Below are positions 36,731 through 44,214 of a stretch of 44,214 nt of DNA, one piece after another. Below the pieces are notes generated by a model that was given only the letters and a program-made list of their open reading frames with translations, was not told the DNA's origin and did not search any database. The stretch's first letter is position 1. Each line of letters opens with the position of its first letter. Source of the stretch: Chloroflexota bacterium (GTDB lineage: Bacteria; Chloroflexota; Dehalococcoidia; UBA2979); contig JAQCIU010000027.1 in NCBI GenBank assembly GCA_027593235.1, positions 1 through 44,214 on the forward strand. The letters are read 5' to 3'. A program made the translations under genes and the position numbers.

Positions 36731-37620
36731 TCCGTCGCTCCTCGGTAGCGCCACCACAACACCGCCCACCCGGCGGCGATCACAACCACCATCTCAGCGA
36801 TGTAGACGTATCCCGAGAGCGCGCCATCGAAGACACCGAAGGCCCAGTTGTTCACCTGGAGGAACGCTCCGAGTATGTTGACCAACCTCCACCAGTCCGC
36901 GGCGGTGCCGTCGAGTACATCGACGAGCACGGCGCCGACGGCTGCGGTCAGGAAAAAGAAGCCGAGGATTGCCGCCGCCGCATAGGCGCGGCGATCGGTG
37001 AACGAGGCGATCGCAAGCGCCACAGTCGTCTGCAACATGGCGAGAATCACCGCCGACAGCGCCGCGCGCGGCATCAGGTCGAGGTGGTCGCTGAACCATG
37101 TCCACGGGTTGTCGGCGATCACGAGCTGGGTCAGGTAGACGAGCACCTGGGGCAGCATCAGAATGCCGAGCATCACCGTGAAGAAGCCGATCCAGCGTGC
37201 CGCGACGTAGTTCATCGGCGTGAGCGGACGCACGAAGTAGAGCACCAGCACGCCGCTTCGGCGGTCCGGACACAGCATCTCCGGACCGAGCATGCCGGCG
37301 AACAGCAACAACGGGATCTGCGCGAATTCGTAGTACGCGCGGTTCGTGAAGTCCTCGAGTTCGAGGTCGGCGAGGTCGCCGCCGAACGACGAGACGAAGC
37401 CGGCGATCACCATCGTGATCACGGCGGGAAAGAGCGCGAGGATGATCAATCCAAACGGCAACAGCTTCGAACTGAGGCTCCGTCCGAGGCCCAGCGCGGA
37501 TCGGTAGGAGTCGCGCCAGATGGCGCGCATCGCACGCCCGAGGCCTTCGCGCTCGCCGGTGAAGCGCTGGTAGCCGAGGTCGAAGACCTGTCCTTCCGGG
37601 GCCGTCGGTTCGGTGGTCAC
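36727..37620 (-). CDS. ABC-2 type permease
   Basis: VFDLGYQRF, DRRSGVLVLYF.RP, multiple TM segments; GTGA overlap. Confidence 0.85.
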   Translation of the reverse strand: MTTEPTAPEGQVFDLGYQRFTGEREGLGRAMRAIWRDSYRSALGLGRSLSSKLLPFGLIILALFPAVITMVIAGFVSSFGGDLADLELEDFTNRAYYEFAQIPLLLFAGMLGPEMLCPDRRSGVLVLYFVRPLTPMNYVAARWIGFFTVMLGILMLPQVLVYLTQLVIADNPWTWFSDHLDLMPRAALSAVILAMLQTTVALAIASFTDRRAYAAAAILGFFFLTAAVGAVLVDVLDGTAADWWRLVNILGAFLQVNNWAFGVFDGALSGYVYIAEMVVVIAAGWAVLWWRYRGATE

Positions 37621-38531
37621 GAAGCGCTGCCGACCATCGCGTCGCGAAACAGCTCGGTCAGCGAGTGCTGGCGCGGCGCCATTGAGTACAGCAGCGCGCC
37701 CGACGCGACGACCGCGTCGCGGATGACGTCGTAGTCGGCGTCCTCGATGCCCTCGACGATCAGCACGTCGCCCTCGACCTGCGGCTGGAGGCCGCGTCGC
37801 CGTAGCTCCTCGGCGAGCGGCTCGGCGCCCTCGGAGACGACGATCGCGAGCGTGGTGGTCTCGGAGGTGAACCCGGCGACGGAGCCCTCGCGCGAGACGA
37901 GCCCGGAGTCGAGCACGATCACGCGGTCGCAGGTGCGCTCCACGTCGCCCATCAGGTGCGACGACAGCACGACGCTGATACCGAACTCGCGGCCGGTGTG
38001 CGCGATCAACTCGAGCATCTGCTGGCGGCCCATCGGATCGAGGCCCGCCGTCGGTTCGTCGAGGAGCACGAGCGCGGGGTCGTGTACGAGCGCCTGCGCG
38101 AGTTTCACGCGCTGCTTCATGCCGGTGGAGTAGCTGCCCAGCGGGCGATAGCGCTCCTCGTCGAGCCCGACGTGTCGGAGGGTGTCGGCGGCGCGCACGC
38201 GCGCGTCGTGGCGCGGCATCCCCGATATCTGCGCCATGTAGGAGAGGAACTCGACGGCGTCGACGTTCGAGGGCAGGCAATCGTGCTCGGGCATGTAGCC
38301 GATGCGTTGGCGGACCAGCGGCGTGCTGGCGACGTCCACGCCCTCGAAGAGCGCGCGTCCCTGGGTGGGGTGGATCAAGCCGAGGAAGAGCTTGAGCGCT
38401 GTGCTCTTACCGGCGCCGTTCGCCCCGAGCAGGCCGGTCACGCCGGGTTCGACAACGAAGCTGACACCCTGGAGTGCCCGCACCGGTCCGTATTGTTTCT
38501 CGAGACGTTCGGCTTCTAGCAGTGCAGGCAT
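37617..38531 (-). CDS. ABC transporter ATP-binding protein
   Basis: GANGAGKST, YSTGMKQR, LDEPTAGLDP, SSHL. Confidence 0.93.
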   Translation of the reverse strand: MPALLEAERLEKQYGPVRALQGVSFVVEPGVTGLLGANGAGKSTALKLFLGLIHPTQGRALFEGVDVASTPLVRQRIGYMPEHDCLPSNVDAVEFLSYMAQISGMPRHDARVRAADTLRHVGLDEERYRPLGSYSTGMKQRVKLAQALVHDPALVLLDEPTAGLDPMGRQQMLELIAHTGREFGISVVLSSHLMGDVERTCDRVIVLDSGLVSREGSVAGFTSETTTLAIVVSEGAEPLAEELRRRGLQPQVEGDVLIVEGIEDADYDVIRDAVVASGALLYSMAPRQHSLTELFRDAMVGSAS

Positions 38532-38638
38532 CGCGTCCGAGTATAAGGGTCGCCGTCAGGGACCCGACATCATCCAAAAGGGGCATCTTGCGGGATGGCC
38601 GACGATCGAGCCTGAGCGCGGCCGATCTCCGGATCGAG

Positions 38639-39730
38639 TCAGTTCAGGGCGAGCCATTCGACCCAGCGGCCGTGCGGATTGCAGTTCGCGAGGTGGGCGA
38701 CCGTCCGCTTGCCATCCTCGTAACGGTGGAGGAACAGCTCGGAGTGGTCGCCGCCGGTGCCCTCCATCGAGGCGAACCAGACGACGCGGCCCACCGACGC
38801 GGCGTTGAGCGCGTCGAAGATGCGACGCCGACCCTCCGCCGCGATCTGGTAGAGCGCGTGCGTGGCATAGACGCAGAGGGCGGCGTCGCGCGGCGCCGCA
38901 TCGAGGGCTGCACGCAACTCGAGGGTGGCGTCGCCCTCGATGACGCGCGGCGGATCGTGCCGGGCTACCTCGATCGCCGCGGCGAGACGGTCGTGGCGCT
39001 CGAGGTGCTCCGGCCAGATCAGGGCGCGCAGCCAGCGGATGGCGTCGTCATCCGCGAGGTCGATCCGGTCGAACTCGATGCCCATCCGGGATGCGACCGG
39101 GATCGCAGACGGGAGGTCAGGGAGGTGGTGATCGCCTCGCAGCTCCGCGGGGAGGTCGACAGCCGAGGTCTGGTCACCCCAGCGCAGCACGTCCTGACCA
39201 GCGTGTGAGTAGCGGTAAGCGTAGCGATCCCAGAGCAGGTTGAGACCGAGGCTCGGGCCGATCTCGATCAGAGCGAGCGCGTCCTCCGACGCTGCGCCGG
39301 CGACGTGGGCGAACGCGGGCAGGAGCACCGTGCAGCGCTGGATCACGTTCGTCTGCACCCGGCGAGTGCGGAGGAGCGCCTCGATCTCGACCCGATGGTC
39401 GAGGACGTAGGTGCGGAACTCCGGGAAAGCGGCGGCGGGGTCCTCGGAACCACCGAGGTCGCGGTAGAAGTGACGGAGCGAGGCGTCGGGGTCTTCGAGC
39501 AGCAAGTAGTGGACGGCGCCGAACAGCATGTTCGGCGGGGGCTGGGACGCGGGGATGACGGAGCAGATCGCGAGGAGCTGTTGGTCCTCGGCGATCGCGG
39601 GGCACAGGGCAGCGTAGAGACGGGCGTCGAGCTGGGGCGCCTCATTCTCGCCAAAGTTGCGGAACACGAGGACGAGATTCGCCGGCGAGCGGTCGCCGGG
39701 GACCGGCCGCTGGAGATCCCGATCGTTCAC
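38639..39730 (-). CDS. DUF2332-family protein
   Basis: FGAVHYLLL, VQTN..RC, LIEIG.S.GLNL.WD.Y, WLRALIWPE..R..RL, PHG.WVEW. Confidence 0.82.
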   Translation of the reverse strand: MNDRDLQRPVPGDRSPANLVLVFRNFGENEAPQLDARLYAALCPAIAEDQQLLAICSVIPASQPPPNMLFGAVHYLLLEDPDASLRHFYRDLGGSEDPAAAFPEFRTYVLDHRVEIEALLRTRRVQTNVIQRCTVLLPAFAHVAGAASEDALALIEIGPSLGLNLLWDRYAYRYSHAGQDVLRWGDQTSAVDLPAELRGDHHLPDLPSAIPVASRMGIEFDRIDLADDDAIRWLRALIWPEHLERHDRLAAAIEVARHDPPRVIEGDATLELRAALDAAPRDAALCVYATHALYQIAAEGRRRIFDALNAASVGRVVWFASMEGTGGDHSELFLHRYEDGKRTVAHLANCNPHGRWVEWLALN

Positions 39731-40575
39731 GACTTGCGGATCTCCTCGGAAGCCGCGGCCGAGGTGACGATCACCGGCTGACGCCACGCAGCGAACGCAG
39801 CGGGATCGATCGTGACGAGCGGTACCCAGCCCGCTCCACCCTTTGGCCGCGTCCACACCTCGTGCCCCGCGGCCTCGACGAGGACGGCGCTCGCGGCGAT
39901 ATCCCAGACGTGCGGATCCGGGTTGCGAGCAGCGGTGAGGGCACCGGCGGCGACGAGCGCGCCCTCGAGGGCGGTCGAGCCGAGCGACCGGTAGTCCCAG
40001 TTCGCGGCGCGCCGTTGGTGCCCCATCGGGATCGCGGCCAGCGCGCGGAGCCGGCCGTTGGAGAAGTGGCCGTGCCGCGGCATCGGCTCCCCGTCAAAGT
40101 GGAGCGGGCCACCTCGATGGGCGTGATACACACCGGGCCGGCCGAGGTGCGTCGCGACGCCCCAGATGGCTCCGGCGACGGGAACGGCGCCGTCGAAGAC
40201 GCCGATGGAGCTGGAGTAGAAGGGGAAGCCGTTGACGAAGTTCTGGGTGCCGTCGATCGGGTCGACCGCCCAGGTGAAGCGGGGGCCGGGCTGGTAATCG
40301 CCCTCGGTCTCCTCGCCGAAGAAGGCGTGGTCCGGGTAACGCGCGGCGATGCGGTCACGGATCAGGCGCTCGACGGCCTGGTCGATGTCGGAGACGGGGT
40401 TCGCCGGCGCGTTCGCGCCGCTCGCCGTGTCCTTGTACGAGACGAAGATCTCGCTCCCGAGGGCATCGAGGATGGCGGCGCCAGCCTCGGCAGCGATGGA
40501 ATAGGCCTCGGTCGCCAGTTCGGCAGCGATCGCGGGATCGTAAGGGGGAGCGGTCACGGACTCGGAATCGGGCAT
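39727..40575 (-). CDS. Inositol monophosphatase family protein
   Basis: FGEE, WAVDPIDGTQNF, R.LGS, WDIAA. Confidence 0.92.
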   Translation of the reverse strand: MPDSESVTAPPYDPAIAAELATEAYSIAAEAGAAILDALGSEIFVSYKDTASGANAPANPVSDIDQAVERLIRDRIAARYPDHAFFGEETEGDYQPGPRFTWAVDPIDGTQNFVNGFPFYSSSIGVFDGAVPVAGAIWGVATHLGRPGVYHAHRGGPLHFDGEPMPRHGHFSNGRLRALAAIPMGHQRRAANWDYRSLGSTALEGALVAAGALTAARNPDPHVWDIAASAVLVEAAGHEVWTRPKGGAGWVPLVTIDPAAFAAWRQPVIVTSAAASEEIRKS

Positions 40576-40691
40576 CAGGGGAACCACCTCACACTGCGCG
40601 CGATCGTCTCATCGATGCGACACGCACGCGACAAGCGATGCCGGTTCGATGCAATGGCGGCTGATTGGGATGGCGCGCGAGCAGACAGCCC

Positions 40692-41342
40692 TTACGCCGC
40701 GCCAACCGGCACGGGAAAGACGTAGGAGTCGATCGGCGCGAGGTGTTCGTAGGTCTCGGTGATCAACGACGAGCGCTCGAGTGGGACTTCCAACGCCGCT
40801 ACAGCGGCGGCGGTGAAGAGCACGTACGCGCGACTCCCAACGACATCTCCTGCGTGATTCTTGAGCAGTCGGTGGACTGCGTTCACGTCAGGACCCAACA
40901 GCTCCTGGCGCCCGGCGATCGGCTGGATGACGTAGGAGCCGGCGTGCAGGATGAACTTCAGGTCCAGTCCGCCGCCGCGCTCACAGGCGTGGCAGTCGCA
41001 CGTGGTCGCCGACTCCAACGCGGATATCCGATCGGAAAACGCCGCGTAGCAGGCATCGATGCAATCGAGGACCTGTTGGCCACGCAGCTGGAAGTCTTCG
41101 GCGCCGGCGAACGCGAATACTGCGTCGCCCTCCGTCTTCGAGAGCGTGAACGGCGGGACCAAGCGGTCGACGATCCCGTCGAGCAGCGTCGCCATCAGCG
41201 GGTACGCCTCCGGGATCACCCCGCTCCGCGCCATCTCCTCGCTGTGCGCCGCGCCCACCTCCTGTAGGAACGCCGTGTAGCCGGAGATGTCCGCAAGCAG
41301 GAGCATGCCCTGCTGCGCCGCCGTGATGTTCTGGGTCGTCAA
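40692..41342 (-). CDS. DUF2652-like class III nucleotidyl-cyclase-fold protein
   Basis: LADISGYT, KTEGDA, CDCHAC, LKFILH.G, L.GPDVN.VHRLLKN; GGAGG RBS before TTG. Confidence 0.8.
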   Translation of the reverse strand: MTTQNITAAQQGMLLLADISGYTAFLQEVGAAHSEEMARSGVIPEAYPLMATLLDGIVDRLVPPFTLSKTEGDAVFAFAGAEDFQLRGQQVLDCIDACYAAFSDRISALESATTCDCHACERGGGLDLKFILHAGSYVIQPIAGRQELLGPDVNAVHRLLKNHAGDVVGSRAYVLFTAAAVAALEVPLERSSLITETYEHLAPIDSYVFPVPVGAA

Positions 41343-41404
41343 CGCCGCACCTCCGGGCGTCGGGTCGACGCCGCTCGCGGATGATACATCGCCCTCGAAG
41401 CCGG

Positions 41405-43441
41405 CTACGCCGTCAGCGCCCCGGAAGACTCCTCGACCAGCGTGAGCAGGTTGTCCATCACCTCGACGATGTCGAAGTCGCTGGGGGTGAAGATGCGGCG
41501 CACGCCGAGCGCTTCGAGGGTGGGCATGTCTGCCTTCGGGATGATGCCGCCGAAGACGACGGCGATCTCGTCGGTGGCGCCGGCTTCCTTGAGCGCGGCC
41601 ATGAGCTGCTCGGCCAGTTCGAGGTGGGAGCCGCTGAGGATCGAGATGCCGATCACGTGTGCGGACTCGTCCACGGCGGACTGCACGATGTCCTGCGGGC
41701 TGAGGCGGATGCCGGAGTAGATGACCTCGAAACCGGCGTCGCGGGCAGCGACGGCGATCACCTCGGCGCCGTTGGAGTGACCATCGAGGCCGGGCTTGCC
41801 GACGACGAGGCGCGGGCGGCGGCCGGTGCGCTTCGTGAACTCGTCCGAACGGGCGCGCAGGCGCTCGAGGTCTGCCGGGACGAGGCCGATGTGCTGGCCC
41901 TCGATGCCGGTCGGTGGGCGGTACTCGCCGAAGGTCTCGCGCAACGCGTCGGACCACTCGCCGGTGGTGACACGGGCGAGCGCGCACTCGATCGAGGGCT
42001 CCATCAGGCTCGCGCCGGACTTCGCGGCGGCGTGCAGGCCCTCAAGGGCTGCGGCGACGCGGGCGTCGTCGCGGGTACGCTTCGTCTCCTCGAGGCGGTC
42101 GAGCGTCCAGCGGGCCTCTTCGCGGTCGACGCGGAAGATGCCGCCCTCGGCGTCGGCCAGCAGCGGCGAGTCGATCGCCTCGGTCCAGCGGTTCACGCCG
42201 ACGACGATGCGCTCGCCCGAGTTGATGTCGGAGATGCGCTCGGCCATCGAGCGGACAAGCTCGGACTTCATGTAACCGGACTCGATCGCGGCGCGGATGC
42301 CGCCCAGATCGAGGATGCGATCGATCTCGGCGCGCGCCTCGGTCTTGAGCGCGTTCACCTTGGACTCGACGACGGGCGAGCCGTCGAAGAGGTCGGGGTA
42401 CTCGAGGAGGTCGGTCTCGTACGCGAGCACCTGCTGGAGGCGGAGCGCCCACTGCTGGTCCCACGGGCGAGGCAACGAGAGCGCCTCGTTCCAGGCGGGG
42501 AGCTGGAGCGCGCGGCAGCGCGCGTTGCGACTGAGCGTGACGCCGAGGGTTTCGAGGAGGATCCGCCAGGCGTTGTTCTCGGGCTGCTGCTCGGTCAGGC
42601 CGAGGCTGTTGACCTGCACGCCGTAGCGGAAGCGACGGAAGCGTGGATTCTCGACGCCGTAGCGTTCGAGCGTGATCTCGTCCCACAGCTCCGTGAAGGC
42701 GCGCATCTTGCACATCTCTTCAACGAAGCGAATGCCGGAGTTCACGAAGAAACTGATGCGACCCACGATCGCCTCGAAGCGATCGGCGGGCACGTTCCCG
42801 CGCTCCTTGATCTCGTCAAGGATGCCGATCGCGTTGGCGAGTGCGAACGCCAGTTCCTGAACCGGCGTCGAGCCGGCTTCCTGGAGGTGGTAGCTGCAGA
42901 TGTTCGAGGGGTTCCAGCTCGGGATCTCGTCGAGGCAGTACTCGTACATCTCGGCGATCAGGCGGAGGGAGGCGTCCGGCGGGAAGATGTAGGTCCCGCG
43001 CGCCAGGTACTCCTTGACGATGTCGTTCTGCGTCGTGCCCTGCAGCTTCGACACGTCCTCGCCGCGCTCCCGCGCGAGGCCGACGTAGAGCGCGAGCAGC
43101 CACATCGCCGTCGCGTTGATCGTCATCGAGGTGTTCATCTCCTCGAGCGGGATCTCCGCGAAGAGGTTGTGCAGATCGTCGAGGGTGTTGATCGGCACGC
43201 CGGTCTTGCCGACCTCGGGCGCGGCGAGCGGGTGATCCGAGGAGTAGCCGGTCTGCGTGGGGAGGTCGAAGGCGATCGAAAGGCCCGTCTGTCCCATCGA
43301 GAGGTTGGAGCGGTACAGCTCGTTGCTGGCACGTGCACTGGTGTGGCCCGAGTAGGTGCGGAAGATCCACGGGCGCTCGGCGGTCGGGTTGCCGTCCTTG
43401 TCGTAGATCAGGTGGGCCTGCTGCGCTGGTTGGTCGCTCAT
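41405..43441 (-). CDS. meaA: B12-dependent acyl-CoA mutase, MeaA/ethylmalonyl-CoA mutase type
   Basis: PWIFRTYSGH, AFDLPTQTGY, YHLQEAG, QVNSLGLTEQQPENN, KPGLDGHSNG. Confidence 0.92.
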   Translation of the reverse strand: MSDQPAQQAHLIYDKDGNPTAERPWIFRTYSGHTSARASNELYRSNLSMGQTGLSIAFDLPTQTGYSSDHPLAAPEVGKTGVPINTLDDLHNLFAEIPLEEMNTSMTINATAMWLLALYVGLARERGEDVSKLQGTTQNDIVKEYLARGTYIFPPDASLRLIAEMYEYCLDEIPSWNPSNICSYHLQEAGSTPVQELAFALANAIGILDEIKERGNVPADRFEAIVGRISFFVNSGIRFVEEMCKMRAFTELWDEITLERYGVENPRFRRFRYGVQVNSLGLTEQQPENNAWRILLETLGVTLSRNARCRALQLPAWNEALSLPRPWDQQWALRLQQVLAYETDLLEYPDLFDGSPVVESKVNALKTEARAEIDRILDLGGIRAAIESGYMKSELVRSMAERISDINSGERIVVGVNRWTEAIDSPLLADAEGGIFRVDREEARWTLDRLEETKRTRDDARVAAALEGLHAAAKSGASLMEPSIECALARVTTGEWSDALRETFGEYRPPTGIEGQHIGLVPADLERLRARSDEFTKRTGRRPRLVVGKPGLDGHSNGAEVIAVAARDAGFEVIYSGIRLSPQDIVQSAVDESAHVIGISILSGSHLELAEQLMAALKEAGATDEIAVVFGGIIPKADMPTLEALGVRRIFTPSDFDIVEVMDNLLTLVEESSGALTA

Positions 43442-43585
43442 CCCCGCCGCCTTCCTCGAAACCGTCGAACGGCGTCGATGATCACATAACGCCCGGTCGG
43501 ATGCCATGTCGGCGGCCTCGACGTGTCGCAGCAGGGTCACGCTGGCAGACTGGGTCTAGGGTTCACCAACGAGTCGGAGCACATC

Positions 43586-44125
43586 GTGATCACGCTGCCA
43601 TCTTCGATACGCGACTGGGAGGGACCCGCGGTCCAGGCGATGGTCTGCTCGCCTGCGGAGGGTTACGGCATTGCGTGGGCGTTCGACGAGAACCACGGGC
43701 TTTCGCGCGTGCTCCGAGCGTCGAAGATGTCGACCCAGCAGGACCTCTTCAATGAGTTCGGTGCGGCGCTGCAGTTCGGCGACTACTTCGGCGAGAACTG
43801 GAACGCATTCAACGAATGCATCAACGATCTCGATTGGATCGAAGCCGCTGCGTAACTGCTGGTGATCGTCAATGCCGAGAGCCTGCTCACGGCTGATCCC
43901 GATCGGGACGTCGCGATCTTCTTCAAGATCCTCAACGAGGCAGCTGCTGCCTGGCTCGATCCCGAGGCGTTCCCAGGGTTCGACGGGCGAACCCCGCGTC
44001 CGTTCAATGTGCTTCTCCAGGTGTCCGTCGATGGACTGAACGCCCTCGACCGACTTCGGGCGCGCGGCAACGTTCCGCTCCCGGTTATCGATGTGGGTGA
44101 TTTCCTCGAGCGATTGCGCAGCTAG
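43586..44125 (+). pseudogene. Barstar-family protein interrupted by in-frame TAA (43853-43855)
   Basis: LFNEFGAALQFGDYFGENWNAFNECINDL.W; the same frame continues LLVIVNAE.LL...PRPFNVLLQ. Confidence 0.78.
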
Positions 44126-44126
44126 C

Positions 44127-44214
44127 TGTACTGACCACACACCTGCGAGACGGCTGACTGCGGAGGGACCTCCAGCGAGACTGGGAAGTGTGAAGCACCC
44201 AGAACTCGCAGGAG
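44127..44214 (+). mobile_element. Probable left end of an IS481-family insertion sequence (transposase outside the window)
   Basis: Begins TGTACTGACC (5'-TGT terminus); long hairpin 44170-44214 (CTCC/GGAG, GCGAG/CTCGC, CTGGG/CCCAG) pairing an RBS-like GGAG at the window edge. Confidence 0.5.

Noticed and set aside
43853-43855. Alternative genetic code or recoding at the barstar TAA
   Set aside because: TAA, TAG and TGA all act as normal stops elsewhere in the window; best explained by a point change
1-44214. CRISPR array, rRNA, prophage or defence genes
   Set aside because: No regularly spaced repeats, rRNA-like sequence or recognisable phage, cas or defence motifs seen

Overview
High-GC bacterial DNA. 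The gene mix (F420-type LLM oxidoreductase, MeaA mutase, YcaQ, PxxTG-tailed secreted protein) suggests Chloroflexota/Dehalococcoidia, but this is inference only. Layout: (i) 1-6201, a signalling cluster with two LuxR-HTH proteins, HDOD, a degenerate HD-GYP, a receiver-less OmpR-type wHTH-PAS protein and two paralogous C4 zinc-finger-like microproteins; (ii) tRNA-Arg(UCU); (iii) VOC and OsmC genes, then an MFS / acyl-CoA dehydrogenase / methyltransferase / rhodanese run; (iv) a split phosphohistidine-relay pair (frameshifted PEP-utiliser plus truncated PPDK fusion); (v) GNATs, hydrolases, secreted proteins, ycaQ-like, LLM, lysA; (vi) arsC-aquaglyceroporin-phoU divergent from pstSCAB, then phoBR; (vii) ABC-2 type exporter, DUF2332, IMPase, DUF2652-like, meaA, an interrupted barstar-like gene and a probable IS end. 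The strongest candidate for something new is a TPMT-like methyltransferase with an in-frame UGA at a conserved-Cys position, followed by a SECIS-like hairpin and coupled to a rhodanese (candidate selenoprotein). The second is the duplicated zinc-finger microprotein modules. Two other reading-frame lesions in the window mean sequencing error cannot be excluded. All family assignments come from motif recognition, not database searches.
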